Positions 28,175 to 38,975 of a stretch of DNA of 64,000 nucleotides are shown here, piece after piece. A model generated the notes under the pieces. The model had not been told where the DNA came from, made no database searches, and saw only the letters and a program-made list of their open reading frames with translations. The translations under genes were made by a program, and so were the position numbers. Position 1 is the stretch's first letter. The number at the start of each line of letters is the position of its first letter. This stretch comes from Sphingomonas sp. (GTDB taxonomy: Bacteria > Pseudomonadota > Alphaproteobacteria > Sphingomonadales > Sphingomonadaceae). The stretch is from NCBI GenBank assembly GCA_046155125.1, contig JBJXEC010000004.1, positions 457 to 64,456 of the forward strand. The letters are read 5' to 3'.

Positions 28175-30775
28175 ATGCTAGACATCACTGCCGCCCCAGC
28201 CCAGCCCGCCGTTACGCGCCGCGATGCCTATCGCCCGCCCGACTGGATGGTGCCGGACATCACGCTTGATTTCGATCTGGATGCAGCGCGCACACGCGTG
28301 TGCGCAGCGCTGTCGGTCGTGCGCCATGGGGACGCTTCGGGCCCGTTGCGGCTTGATGGCGACGGCCTTACGCCGCTCAGTGTCAAGGTTGACGGGGTGG
28401 TCGTGAATGACTGGCAGCTTGACGGCGGCGACCTGATCGTGCCGTTGAGCGGAGGCGCGCATCTGGTTGAAACCGAAGTGGAGATTGCGCCCGATCGCAA
28501 CACGCAGTTAATGGGGCTGTATGCTTCCGGCGGTTTGCTGTGCACACAGTGCGAGGCCGAGGGGTTTCGGCGGATCACCTTTTTCCCCGATCGCCCCGAC
28601 GTGCTGTCGCGCTATACCGTGCGGATAACGGCAGACGCCGTGCGGTACCCGGTGCTCCTGGCCAATGGTGACCCGGTGGCGAGCGGCGCGCTGGCAGGCG
28701 GCCGCCACTGGGCGGAATGGCGCGATCCCTTTCCCAAGCCCTGCTATCTGTTCGCGCTGGTTGCCGGAGACCTGCAGGCCAATCGCGGCACCTTCAAAAC
28801 GATGAGCGGACGCGACGTTGCGCTCGCCATCTGGGTGCGCGCGGCGGATTTGCCCAAGACCGATCATGCGCTAGCCTCGCTCAAAACCGCCATGGCCTGG
28901 GACGAGCAGGTTTATGGCCGCGAATATGATCTTGATGTGTTCAACATCGTTGCGGTCGACGATTTCAATTTTGGCGCGATGGAGAATAAGGGCCTAAATA
29001 TCTTCAACTCGCGCTATGTTCTCGCCAATCCGGATACTGCGACCGATTATGATTTCGACGCGGTGTCTGCGGTCGTTGCGCATGAATATTTTCACAACTG
29101 GTCGGGCAACCGGGTGACCTGCCGTGACTGGTTCCAGCTGTCGCTCAAGGAAGGCTTCACCGTTTTTCGCGACCAGAGTTTTTCTGCCGATCAAGGCTCG
29201 GCGGCGGTCAAGCGGATCGAGGATGTGCGCGGGCTGCGCGCGGCGCAATTTCCCGAAGATGCCGGGCCGCTTGCCCATCCGGTGCGCCCGGAAAGCTATA
29301 TCGAGATATCCAACTTCTATACCGCGACCATTTATAACAAGGGCGCCGAAGTGATCCGCATGATGGCGACGATGCTGGGCGCCGAGCGCTTCCGGCGCGG
29401 CACCGACCTGTATTTTGACCGGTTCGACGGGACGGCGGCCACCTGCGAGGATTTCGTTGCGTGCTTGGAAGAAGGTGGCGGCGCCGATTTCGGGCAATTT
29501 CGCCTGTGGTACAGCCAGGCGGGGACGCCGCGTGTGACGGCCACGATCAGCCATGATTCCGGTGGCGCAACCGCAACGTTGCGGCTCTCGCAGTCCCTCG
29601 TGCCAACCCCGGAACAGCGCGACAAAGCGCCGATGCTGGTGCCGCTGAAGGTCAAGCTGTTTGGCGCGACAAGCGGCGCTGCGATGACCGCAGAGCAGCT
29701 AGTCTTGCTGAGCGAGTCGTCCCAGACCATCACTTTTGACAGTGTGGGCGAGCCGCCGCTTCTGTCCATCAACCGCAGCTTTTCGGCCCCTGTTATCATC
29801 GAGGCAAACCGCACCGCGTCGGATCTGGCGATGCTGTCCGCGCATGACGATGACCCCTTTGCCCGCTATGAGGCGATGCAGCAACTGATGCTCGATACCC
29901 TGCTGGAAGCGGTGGGGAATGGCCAGGCCGATCACCGGCCCGTCATCAACGCGGTTGCCGAGACGCTTGGCAACGAGGCGCTGGACCCCGCCTTTGTGGC
30001 AGAAGCCGTGCTGCTCCCGTCGGAGAGCTTCATTGGCGATCAGTTGCCGGTCGTCGACCCCGAGGCTATTCATGCCGCTCGCGAAGCGCTTCGGCGTGAT
30101 CTTGGAAGGTCGCTGGACGCACAGTGGCGGCGAGCCTATGCCGCGGCGCGTGCCGCCGGGCCGTTCGAATATTCGCCTGTTGCCAAGGGATTGCGCCGGC
30201 TGAAAACCGTGTCGCTGGGCTATATCGCCGCAAGTGGCGCCGGCGATGCCGCAGCGCTCGCCTTTGCCCAGTTCGAACAGGCCGACAATATGACTGACCG
30301 GCAAGGCGCAATGACGACCCTCGTCAACAGCAATTCCGACAAACGGGTGGCCGCGCTCGACATTTTCTACAACCGCTATTCCGATAATCCGCTGGTGCTC
30401 GACAAATGGTTTTCGACGCAAGCACTGTCGAGCCGGTCGGACACGCTCGCGCAAGTGATCGAGCTGTCGCGGCACCGCGATTTCACGCTCGCCAACCCCA
30501 ATCGCGCCCGCGCGCTGGTGGGGGCGTTCAGCGTTAACCAGCGCGCGTTCCATCTCGGTGATGGCGATGGGTACCGGTTCGTGGCGGATCAATTAATCGC
30601 GCTGGACAAGCTCAACCCGCAAACCGCTGCCAAGTTGGTGCCGCCGCTTGGGCGCTGGAAGCGATTCGGGCCAGACCACGCCGCGTTGATGAAGCTGGAG
30701 CTCGAGCGCATTCTGGCAACGCCCGGCCTTTCGCGCGACATGTTTGAGCAGGCGTCGAAAAGCCTGGAGGACTAA
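28175..30775 (+). CDS. pepN: aminopeptidase N
   Basis: 866 aa with the GAMEN exopeptidase motif and the HEYFHNWSGN zinc site (HEXXH). Confidence 0.95.
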   Translation: MLDITAAPAQPAVTRRDAYRPPDWMVPDITLDFDLDAARTRVCAALSVVRHGDASGPLRLDGDGLTPLSVKVDGVVVNDWQLDGGDLIVPLSGGAHLVETEVEIAPDRNTQLMGLYASGGLLCTQCEAEGFRRITFFPDRPDVLSRYTVRITADAVRYPVLLANGDPVASGALAGGRHWAEWRDPFPKPCYLFALVAGDLQANRGTFKTMSGRDVALAIWVRAADLPKTDHALASLKTAMAWDEQVYGREYDLDVFNIVAVDDFNFGAMENKGLNIFNSRYVLANPDTATDYDFDAVSAVVAHEYFHNWSGNRVTCRDWFQLSLKEGFTVFRDQSFSADQGSAAVKRIEDVRGLRAAQFPEDAGPLAHPVRPESYIEISNFYTATIYNKGAEVIRMMATMLGAERFRRGTDLYFDRFDGTAATCEDFVACLEEGGGADFGQFRLWYSQAGTPRVTATISHDSGGATATLRLSQSLVPTPEQRDKAPMLVPLKVKLFGATSGAAMTAEQLVLLSESSQTITFDSVGEPPLLSINRSFSAPVIIEANRTASDLAMLSAHDDDPFARYEAMQQLMLDTLLEAVGNGQADHRPVINAVAETLGNEALDPAFVAEAVLLPSESFIGDQLPVVDPEAIHAAREALRRDLGRSLDAQWRRAYAAARAAGPFEYSPVAKGLRRLKTVSLGYIAASGAGDAAALAFAQFEQADNMTDRQGAMTTLVNSNSDKRVAALDIFYNRYSDNPLVLDKWFSTQALSSRSDTLAQVIELSRHRDFTLANPNRARALVGAFSVNQRAFHLGDGDGYRFVADQLIALDKLNPQTAAKLVPPLGRWKRFGPDHAALMKLELERILATPGLSRDMFEQASKSLED

Positions 30776-30882
30776 TGGCGGCGCTGGCTGTTGGTTTCGA
30801 GTTCCGGGGTGGTGCCGCGAGCGCAAGCGAGCCTGGTTGATCGGTGCTCGCAAGACCCGGTTGGCAGGTTTAGAAGCGGCTG

Positions 30883-32136
30883 ATGGCGTTCCCTATTGAC
30901 CATGTCCGCGGATCCTTTCCGGCGTTGTCGGTGGCACATGGCGGCAACCCGCGCGTGTACCTTGACGCGCCCGGCGGTACCCAGGCATGCGCGCAGAGCA
31001 TTGCGGCAATGGCTGCGCATCTGTCTGGCGGGACGGCCAATTCGGGGGGCGTTTTTGAAACATCGGTTGCGACTGACGCGCTGAGCGCGGCCGCGCACGC
31101 GGCAATTGCCGATCTGCTGGGCGGCGCGCCTGACGAAATCGCGTTCGGGCCCAACATGACGAGCCTGACACTTGCCGTGTCGCGCTCCCTCGCGCGCAGT
31201 TGGGCAGCCGGCGACGAGATCATCCTGACCCGGCTTGACCATGATGCCAATGTGGCGCCCTGGCTGATGGCGGCCGAGGACAAGGGTGTTACCGTGCGCT
31301 GGATCGGCTTTGATGCCGATACGGGTCGGCTGGACATGGCGGCGATACCGGGCCTGTTGAACCGCCGAACGCGGCTGGTGGCGGTCGGGGCTGCGAGCAA
31401 TGCGCTTGGCACCATCAATGATATACCGGCGATCAGCAGCATGGTGCGGGCCGGGTCCGACGCGCTATTTTACGTCGATGGTGTTCAGTCGGTGCCGCAC
31501 CTGCCAACCGACGTGCGCGCGCTTGGCTGTGATTTTCTGGTCTGTTCGCCGTACAAGTTTTTTGGCCCTCATATTGGCGCGCTGTGGGGAAAACGCGCGG
31601 TGTTGGAGCACCTCACTGCCTACAAGGTGCGCCCGGCAGCGACGGCACCGGGTGCAGTCCGGTTTGAGACGGGCACGCCATCGTTCGAGGCGCAGGCGGG
31701 TGTCGCCGGGATGATCGCCTATCTGGAAGGCCTTGACGTTGCGGCCGGAGGCGACCCGGCAGGTACCCGGCGCGACCGGCTGGTGTCGGCGATGGAGCAG
31801 TGCGCGGCGTATGAGGCCGGGCTGGGGGAGCGATTGCTTGCCGGGTTGCTGGCGCTCAACAGCGTCCGGCTTTACGGCCCCGCTTCCATGGATGGCCGGG
31901 TGCCGACATTTGCGTTCACCGTTGCTAGCATGAGTCCGCAGGCTGTGGTCGAACGCCTGGCGGCGCAAGGCATTTTTGCCTGGTCAGGGCATTTTTATGC
32001 GGTGGAGACCGTCGCCGCGCTTGGACTGGAGAGTGCAGGCGGCCTGATCCGGGTGGGGCTGTGTCATTATAACACCGCCTGCGAGGTTGACAGGGTGCTG
32101 CGTGCGCTTGGCGCGATGCTGGACGATGGCGGCTAG
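30883..32136 (+). CDS. cysteine desulfurase-like protein (class V aminotransferase fold)
   Basis: 417 aa with a PLP-fold pattern (FLVCSPYKFFGPH with the lysine). Its length and order are as in SufS/CsdA-like proteins. Confidence 0.75.
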   Translation: MAFPIDHVRGSFPALSVAHGGNPRVYLDAPGGTQACAQSIAAMAAHLSGGTANSGGVFETSVATDALSAAAHAAIADLLGGAPDEIAFGPNMTSLTLAVSRSLARSWAAGDEIILTRLDHDANVAPWLMAAEDKGVTVRWIGFDADTGRLDMAAIPGLLNRRTRLVAVGAASNALGTINDIPAISSMVRAGSDALFYVDGVQSVPHLPTDVRALGCDFLVCSPYKFFGPHIGALWGKRAVLEHLTAYKVRPAATAPGAVRFETGTPSFEAQAGVAGMIAYLEGLDVAAGGDPAGTRRDRLVSAMEQCAAYEAGLGERLLAGLLALNSVRLYGPASMDGRVPTFAFTVASMSPQAVVERLAAQGIFAWSGHFYAVETVAALGLESAGGLIRVGLCHYNTACEVDRVLRALGAMLDDGG

Positions 32137-32208
32137 CGCGCCCGCTGCTCTCGCCTCCCCATGCGCGCGCCTATCCTGATTACTTGCTCCCGGGGGGGGC
32201 AACGTCCT

Positions 32209-32979
32209 ATGACCGTCACAATGGGGGCATTCGAAACCACGCCGACGCGCGTTCACCTGAGCCGGGAATCGGGTGCGCTGGGACGTCGCACGCAGCAAAT
32301 TGTGACGGCAATGGGGGAAGCCATCGTTTCCGGCCACTATCCAAGCGACGTGATCCTGCCTGTTGAAGCGGTACTGGCGGATCAGTTCGGCGCGAGCCGC
32401 CCGATCCTGCGTGAGGCCGTAAAGGTGTTGAGCGCGAAGGGGTTGGTGACCAGCCGCCCGCGCCGCGGCACTTCTGTCACGCCGCCATCGCAGTGGAACC
32501 TGTTCGATCCTGACGTGCTGGAGTGGATATTGAACGGGGCGTTTTCGCTGCCCTTGCTGGTCGAATTCACCCATGTTCGGCTCGGGTTGGAGCCTGAGGC
32601 CGCCCGGCTTGCCGCGACGCGGGGAGATGGACCCGATATCGCCGCCATCGAGCGCGGCTATGCGCGGATGGAGGCGGCGCGCGACGGTGCGGATGATGCG
32701 CTGGAGGCCGACATCGCTTTCCACCTGGCCATTCTCGATGCCAGCGGCAATCGCTTCCTGGCGCGGCTCAAGCCGTTTGTGGCGGCCGCGTTGCATTTCT
32801 CGATCCGCTATACTGACAATATAGCGCGCGACGAGGACGCAAAGCTTGTGATCCATCGAAACGTGTATGAGGCCATTGCCCGTGGCGACCCGGTGGCGGC
32901 CGCTGGTGCTGCCAGAACGCTGCTTGAGGATGCCCGGGCGCTGATGGACGCAGGCCACCCGATACCCGCCGCAGATTGA
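32209..32979 (+). CDS. FadR/GntR family transcriptional regulator
   Basis: It has a winged HTH (LADQFGASRPILREAVKVLSAKGLV) and an FCD-type C-terminal domain. Trimmed to ATG 32209. Confidence 0.85.
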   Translation: MTVTMGAFETTPTRVHLSRESGALGRRTQQIVTAMGEAIVSGHYPSDVILPVEAVLADQFGASRPILREAVKVLSAKGLVTSRPRRGTSVTPPSQWNLFDPDVLEWILNGAFSLPLLVEFTHVRLGLEPEAARLAATRGDGPDIAAIERGYARMEAARDGADDALEADIAFHLAILDASGNRFLARLKPFVAAALHFSIRYTDNIARDEDAKLVIHRNVYEAIARGDPVAAAGAARTLLEDARALMDAGHPIPAAD

Positions 32980-32983
32980 CCAG

Positions 32984-34930
32984 TCAGCGTGTCGCGGCGC
33001 CGCGGTTGGCGATAAGATCGTCGACGACGGCAGGGTCCGCCAATGTGCTCGTGTCCCCCAGCGATGACAGGTCCCCTTCCGCAATTTTGCGCAGGATGCG
33101 CCGCATGATCTTGCCCGAGCGCGTTTTGGGAAGCGCTGGCGTGAACTGGATTACATCGGGCGTCGCAATCGGCCCGATTTCGGTGCGCACCCACTTGACG
33201 AGCGTGTCGCGCAACGCATCGCTTGGCACGCTTTCGCTGTTGAGCGTCACATAGGCGTAAATGCCCTGACCCTTGATATCATGCGCAAAGCCAACGACGG
33301 CGGCTTCGGCCACATCCTTGTGGAGCACTAGCGCTGATTCGACTTCGGCCGTTCCCAACCGGTGGCCCGATACGTTGATGACATCATCGACCCGGCCAGT
33401 GATCCAGTAATAGCCGTCCGCGTCCCGCCGGCCCCCGTCGCCTGTGAAATAATAACCGGGATAGGCGCTGAAATAGGTCTGGAAAAAGCGCGCATGGTCG
33501 CCCCAAACGGTGCGCATTTGCCCCGGCCAGCTCCGCGCGATGACGAGATTGCCTTCAGCTGCGCCCTCCAGCACCTTGCCCTCGGCATTAACCAGCAGCG
33601 GCTCGACACCAAAAAAGGGCAGGGTCGCGCTGCCGGGTTTCAGCGCGGTTGCGCCGGGCAGCGGGGTTATCATGTGGCCGCCGGTTTCGGTCTGCCACCA
33701 GGTGTCGACGATCGGGCAGCGCCCCTCGCCGACGACATCATGATACCAGCGCCACGCCTCGGGGTTGATGGGCTCGCCCACCGTGCCGAGCAGGCGCAGG
33801 CTCTTGCGGCTGGTGCCGGTTACCCAGGCATCGCCTTCGCGCATCAACGCGCGAAGGGCCGTGGGTGCTGTGTAAAGCTGGTTCACGCCGTGGCGGTCGA
33901 CCACGTCCCAAATTCGGGCAGGGGTCGGCCAGTTGGGGACGCCTTCGAACATCAGTGTTGTCGCGCCGTTTGCGAGTGGACCGTACACGACATAACTGTG
34001 CCCGGTGACCCAGCCAATATCGGCCGCGCACCAATATACATCGCCCTCACGACAATCGAACACCAGATCATGCGTCAGGCTCGCCCACAGCAAATAGCCG
34101 CCCGATGTGTGGAGAACCCCCTTGGGCTTGCCCGTCGATCCGCTGGTATACAGAATGAACAACGGGTCTTCCGCGTTCATCGGTTCGGCTGGGCAATCGG
34201 CGGCGGCGGCGGCCGTCAGGTCGTGGAGCCAATGATCGCGGCCAGCCTGCATGGTGACATCGCCGCCAGTCGCACGCACCACGATCACGGTCTCTAAGCA
34301 CGGCGCAAGGGTAATAGCAGCATCGACATTGGCTTTGAGCGGCACTTGCTTGCCGCCGCGGCGCCCCTCGTCAGCGGTGATGACAACGCGGCTGTCGCAA
34401 TCAGTGATGCGGCCAGCAAGCGCGTCGGGCGAGAAGCCGCCAAACACCACTGAATGGATTGCCCCCAGCCGGGCGCAGGCGAGCATCGCCATCGCAGCCT
34501 CCGGAATCATCGGCATGTACAGGGTTACGCGGTCACCCTTCCTGACGCCGACCGCCTTCAGCGCGTTGGCGATGCGGCAGACGGATGCGTGGAGTTCGGT
34601 ATAGCTGATGTGGCGGGGCAGCGCTGCCGGGTCATCGGGCTCCCACACAATCGCGGTCTGCGCGCCGCGGGATGCAAGGTGCCGGTCCAGGCAATTGGCG
34701 GCGACGTTCAACGACCCGTCAGCAAACCAGCGCACGCCGAAATCGGCCTCGTCAAAGCAGCTTTCGTCGGCCACCGTTGGCGCCTTCGCCCAGTCGAGCC
34801 GCGCGGCTGCTTCGAACCAGAAGCCGTTTGGATCGCGTAGCGAACGCGCATAGTCAGTCGCATAGCGATCGGCGTTGACCCGCGCTTGCGCGGCCCATTG
34901 CGGGGGGATGGGATAGACATTGTCAGCCAT
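32984..34930 (-). CDS. acs: acetyl-CoA synthetase
   Basis: 648 aa with the AMP-binding motif [11 protein letters not shown], conserved Acs N-terminus and C-terminus, and SGKIMRR. Confidence 0.97.
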   Translation of the reverse strand: MADNVYPIPPQWAAQARVNADRYATDYARSLRDPNGFWFEAAARLDWAKAPTVADESCFDEADFGVRWFADGSLNVAANCLDRHLASRGAQTAIVWEPDDPAALPRHISYTELHASVCRIANALKAVGVRKGDRVTLYMPMIPEAAMAMLACARLGAIHSVVFGGFSPDALAGRITDCDSRVVITADEGRRGGKQVPLKANVDAAITLAPCLETVIVVRATGGDVTMQAGRDHWLHDLTAAAAADCPAEPMNAEDPLFILYTSGSTGKPKGVLHTSGGYLLWASLTHDLVFDCREGDVYWCAADIGWVTGHSYVVYGPLANGATTLMFEGVPNWPTPARIWDVVDRHGVNQLYTAPTALRALMREGDAWVTGTSRKSLRLLGTVGEPINPEAWRWYHDVVGEGRCPIVDTWWQTETGGHMITPLPGATALKPGSATLPFFGVEPLLVNAEGKVLEGAAEGNLVIARSWPGQMRTVWGDHARFFQTYFSAYPGYYFTGDGGRRDADGYYWITGRVDDVINVSGHRLGTAEVESALVLHKDVAEAAVVGFAHDIKGQGIYAYVTLNSESVPSDALRDTLVKWVRTEIGPIATPDVIQFTPALPKTRSGKIMRRILRKIAEGDLSSLGDTSTLADPAVVDDLIANRGAATR

Positions 34931-36990
34931 CAGCGTGGTCCTTGGCTAAAGCGCAGCCCCAACCATAGCCTGCGCGGCGTCCCCAAATCCAGCGAGCCGC
35001 CGACATTGCGGGTGACAACGCGTTCATCGAACAGATTTTCCGCGCGCGCGACAAGACGCAGCTGGCGATTAAGCGAGACGCCTGCCAGCCCATCGACCGT
35101 CAAGGCAGGCGGCAAACTGTCAAGTTGCAGGTCATCCTCAAATTGCTGGCCAGTGTAGCGGACCGTCACTTGTGTCGTCACGCCGCGCGGCGCGGCATAG
35201 CCCAGAGTGGCGCTCACTGAGTGTCGGGGGGTTTGCGCCGGGCGCAGGCCGTTAAGCCCTGCACCCGCGCCCGCATCGTCAACCCGCGCGTCGGTATAGG
35301 CATAGGATGCGTCGAGCGACACCGCACCATGCTTGGCATGGCCCGAAAGCTCAATCCCGAGCGCGTTGATAGCCCCCAGATTGCGCCGCTCGCGAAGATT
35401 GGCGCCAATCGTCACATTGGCGATGGCGCCGGCCAGGCGGTTGTAAAAGGCCGTAGCGCTCAGCGAGAATTGCGAACCCGCCATGAGCTCCAGCCCGATT
35501 TCAGCGCCGCGCAGCCGTTCTGGCGCGAGCGCTGCGTTCGCGCGAGTTGTGATCGGAAAAACGACAAACGAGCGGTACAGCTCATTGAGCGTCGGCAGGC
35601 GAAAGCCGGAATAGGCGGCGCCCCGGATCGCGACGCCGGGCAGCGCCCGCGCCAAAAACCCCAGCCGCCCGGTCGCCTCGGTGCCGCGCCGCTCGGCAGA
35701 GCGCGCACGGGCGGTGGGGGCGCCGGTTGCCGATGCCTCGTTGAAGAAACCGTTCGCAATCACCCAGCGATCCAGCCGCACGCCGCCCGTCACGACCAGG
35801 CTCCGGAATTGCCAATCATCCTCGACAAAGCCGCCAATCGTCGCCATGTCGCCGCCCGCGGATCGTCTTGCCGTGGCCGCGCCGGTTTGAGCACTGAGTG
35901 CCTCCTCGTCAGCTCGCCCATCGGTTCGGCGGATATCGACGCCAAGCCTTAGCGTATGCCGGCCACCCAAAGGGGGCCGCAGCTCGACCTTGCCGCCAAG
36001 CCCGGTTGCCGGGGTGCGCCGCTGGTTGAGAGTGGGGCGAAAGCTCGTGGCGCTGACGACGACATTGCTGAAGTTGCGCGCCTGGACATAGCCAATCGCC
36101 TCCACCTGCCAGGTGCCGTGATGGATCAGCCGCAGGCTGGCGTCTGCACCCTCCGTCGCGCTGTCGGCGCCCGCGAACCGCAAGGTGCGGCGATCGTCGA
36201 ACAGGGTCGCTCGAAAATGAAGCTCGGTCGCCGCGTTGACGGGCGCCACCCCGCGCAGCCCGACCGACCAGCCGCGGTATCGCGCCCGGGCGGTCGCTGT
36301 CGTCCGCTGGCCGGCCGGCGTTGTGAAGAAGCCGTCGCCCCGCTCGACCCTGCCCGACAGCGTCGCGAACCCGGCGCCGAGCGCGGGCGATACCGCAGCG
36401 CTTGCTTCCACGGCATTGTCGCTGCCGTAAAAGACTGTTGCGGAAACTGGCCGCAAATCAGCCCGGGTCGCGCTTGCCAGCTCGACGACGCCAGCCACTG
36501 CCCCTGCGCCAAACGCGCCGGTCCCCGCGCCCCGCGTGATCCGCGCGCCCGCAAATGTGCTTGCGTCCAGCGCGTTGAACGGGATGTGGCCGAAAAACGG
36601 GTCCGCAATCGGCACACCATCAAGCAACACCAGCGCTCTGCTCGCCGCGTTGCCGCCAAGCGCGCGCAGCGTCACCCCCTGGGCCGACGGATTGGCGGAC
36701 CGGCTATCCGAGCGGCGGAATTGCTGCACACCGGCCACGTCCCGCAGCGCGTTCTCGATACGGCCGGAGGCATCGCTGGCGAGCTGGTCGCGGCTGAGGG
36801 TGATAGTGCCATAAGCCGGGGCGCCAGGTGGCAACGGCAGGCCGCGCCCGGTAACGACGATGTCCGCAGGCGGCGGTGCCGGCGGCCGCGTTTGCGCGCG
36901 CGTCGCGCCGGGCGTCATCACAAGCATGGCCAAAGCGGCTGTGCGCCCGCAAGCGGCGGGACAGGGCAAGCGGAAGTGGCGCCGGTTCAT
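34930..36990 (-). CDS. TonB-dependent receptor
   Basis: 686 aa with a signal peptide, a plug ([26 protein letters not shown]) and a beta-barrel. Its stop shares one nucleotide with the acs ATG (TGATG). Confidence 0.85.
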   Translation of the reverse strand: MNRRHFRLPCPAACGRTAALAMLVMTPGATRAQTRPPAPPPADIVVTGRGLPLPPGAPAYGTITLSRDQLASDASGRIENALRDVAGVQQFRRSDSRSANPSAQGVTLRALGGNAASRALVLLDGVPIADPFFGHIPFNALDASTFAGARITRGAGTGAFGAGAVAGVVELASATRADLRPVSATVFYGSDNAVEASAAVSPALGAGFATLSGRVERGDGFFTTPAGQRTTATARARYRGWSVGLRGVAPVNAATELHFRATLFDDRRTLRFAGADSATEGADASLRLIHHGTWQVEAIGYVQARNFSNVVVSATSFRPTLNQRRTPATGLGGKVELRPPLGGRHTLRLGVDIRRTDGRADEEALSAQTGAATARRSAGGDMATIGGFVEDDWQFRSLVVTGGVRLDRWVIANGFFNEASATGAPTARARSAERRGTEATGRLGFLARALPGVAIRGAAYSGFRLPTLNELYRSFVVFPITTRANAALAPERLRGAEIGLELMAGSQFSLSATAFYNRLAGAIANVTIGANLRERRNLGAINALGIELSGHAKHGAVSLDASYAYTDARVDDAGAGAGLNGLRPAQTPRHSVSATLGYAAPRGVTTQVTVRYTGQQFEDDLQLDSLPPALTVDGLAGVSLNRQLRLVARAENLFDERVVTRNVGGSLDLGTPRRLWLGLRFSQGPR

Positions 36991-37122
36991 CGCTCAGGTC
37001 ATTGACGACGACGCGCTCCGCATCAACCAAATTGCGCGCCGCGCCGGGCGCGCCTTGACAAGGATTCGGCAGTCACTCATGGCTGCGCTGACCTATCCAG
37101 GCTGGCGACATTGCGGGGCGAC

Positions 37123-37896
37123 ATGTCGGTTCAAGCAGTAATATTGGCAGGGGGCCTCGGTAGCAGGCTCGGCGAAGAAACAACTATCCGGCCAAAGCCG
37201 ATGGTTGAGATAGGCGGCATGCCGATTATTTGGCATATCATGAAAATCTATTCATTCTATGGCGTGAATGAATTCATCGTTTGCCTTGGCTATAAAGGCT
37301 ATATGATAAAGGAATATTTCGCCAATTACTTTCTGCATACGTCCGATGTAACCATCGACTTGAAAGAACAGTCGCTCGACGTTCATCAGAATTGGGGCGA
37401 GCCGTGGCGGATTACCCTGGTTGATACAGGGGCCGACACCATGACTGGCGGTCGGCTGAAGCGGGTGCAGCGCTATCTGCGGCCCGACCAGCCGTTTTGC
37501 CTGACCTATGGCGACGGCCTTTCGGACATAAACATTCGCAAGTTACTTGAATTTCACGCAATTCACGGCCGCAGGGCAACCATCACGGCAGTTGCGCCAC
37601 CTGGACGTTTTGGGGCGCTCGAGATGGAGGGCAACATCGTCCGAGCGTTTCGCGAGAAGCCGGCGGGTGATGGCGGCCTCATCAATGGCGGCTTTTTCGT
37701 TCTGCACCCGAGCGTTATTGACCTCATTGAGGGCCCACACACCGTCTGGGAGCAGGGCCCGCTCGAAAAGCTTGCCCATGCAAGCGACTTGGCGGCGTTC
37801 CGCCATGATGGCTTCTGGCAGCCGATGGATACGCTGCGCGATAAGCTGCACCTCGAGCAATTGTGGCAGGACGGCGCGCCCTGGAAGCGCTGGTGA
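37123..37896 (+). CDS. rfbF: glucose-1-phosphate cytidylyltransferase
   Basis: Strongly conserved RfbF/DdhA sequence (VILAGGLGSRLGEETTIRPKPMVEIGGMPIIWHIMKIY). ATG 37123 (the track begins at TTG 37111). Confidence 0.93.
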   Translation: MSVQAVILAGGLGSRLGEETTIRPKPMVEIGGMPIIWHIMKIYSFYGVNEFIVCLGYKGYMIKEYFANYFLHTSDVTIDLKEQSLDVHQNWGEPWRITLVDTGADTMTGGRLKRVQRYLRPDQPFCLTYGDGLSDINIRKLLEFHAIHGRRATITAVAPPGRFGALEMEGNIVRAFREKPAGDGGLINGGFFVLHPSVIDLIEGPHTVWEQGPLEKLAHASDLAAFRHDGFWQPMDTLRDKLHLEQLWQDGAPWKRW

Positions 37897-38975
37897 TGGC
37901 GAGCCCCTGGCCTGGTCGGCGCGTGTTCCTGACGGGGCATACCGGGTTCAAGGGCAGCTGGCTGGCGCTGTGGCTCGCTGATCTGGGCGCGGAAGTGACG
38001 GGCTATGCGCTGGCGCCGCCGACCTCGCCTAGTCTTTATGAGCAGGCTGGCGTCGCGGGGGTCCTGGCACGCGACGTGCGTGGCAATGTCTGTGATTTGG
38101 CGGCCCTTGAGGCAGCGATCGCTGATGCCCGGCCGGATATTGTGTTTCACCTCGCCGCACAGCCGCTGGTGCGCGCCTCTTATGACGACCCGGTGGAAAC
38201 CTATGCCACCAACGTGATGGGCACAGTCCATCTGCTCGAGGCATGCAGGCGCGTGCCCGGCATTAGCGGCGTTGTGTGTGTCACGTCGGACAAATGTTAT
38301 GAAAACCGTGAATGGATCTGGCCGTACCGCGAGAATGATCCGATGGGCGGGCATGATCCGTACAGCAGCTCGAAAGGCGCTGCTGAGCTGGTGATTTCGG
38401 CCTATCGTCGTTCATTCTTTTCTGGCGATGACGCGCCGGGCGTTGCCTCAGTGCGTGCCGGCAATGTGATTGGTGGGGGTGATTGGGCAGCGGACCGGCT
38501 GGTGCCCGATATCGTCCGGGCGCTTGCCGGCGGCAACCGGCCACGCATTCGCGCGCCCGATTCCGTGCGCCCGTGGCAGCATGTGCTGGAGGCGCTGAGC
38601 GGCTATCTGATGATCGCCGAGCGGCTGCTCGAAGGCGACAAAAATGCCGCAATCGCCTGGAATTTTGGCCCGGCAGAGGGCGATACCCGGCCGGTTCGCT
38701 GGATTGTTGACGCGATGTTAACCATCTGGGGTGCTGAAGGGTGGGATCAGCCAGAAGGGGTGCAGCCACACGAAGCGGCGATGCTCCTGCTGGATAGCGC
38801 GCGTGCCCGGTCGCAGCTTGGCTGGCGTCCGGCGCTCGGCTTGGGGGATGCGTTGGCGATGGTGGTTGAATGGCACAAATCGGTGGCAGGCGGCGGCGAT
38901 GCCCGCGACCTTTGCGCCCGGCAATTGAGCGCGTATCGCGCGCGGCGCGCAGCGATTGAGGGAACACGCACATGA
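37896..38975 (+). CDS. rfbG: CDP-glucose 4,6-dehydratase
   Basis: It has the Rossmann motif [14 protein letters not shown] and the catalytic YSSSK (YxxxK). The start shares one nucleotide with the rfbF stop (TGATG). Confidence 0.92.
   Translation: MASPWPGRRVFLTGHTGFKGSWLALWLADLGAEVTGYALAPPTSPSLYEQAGVAGVLARDVRGNVCDLAALEAAIADARPDIVFHLAAQPLVRASYDDPVETYATNVMGTVHLLEACRRVPGISGVVCVTSDKCYENREWIWPYRENDPMGGHDPYSSSKGAAELVISAYRRSFFSGDDAPGVASVRAGNVIGGGDWAADRLVPDIVRALAGGNRPRIRAPDSVRPWQHVLEALSGYLMIAERLLEGDKNAAIAWNFGPAEGDTRPVRWIVDAMLTIWGAEGWDQPEGVQPHEAAMLLLDSARARSQLGWRPALGLGDALAMVVEWHKSVAGGGDARDLCARQLSAYRARRAAIEGTRT

Noticed and set aside
36991-37122. Possible cobalamin or other riboswitch upstream of the second TonB-dependent receptor.
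   Set aside because: The leader is only about 130 nt. Reading the minus strand, I found no B12-box-like element or other conserved riboswitch core. It is treated as an ordinary divergent promoter region.
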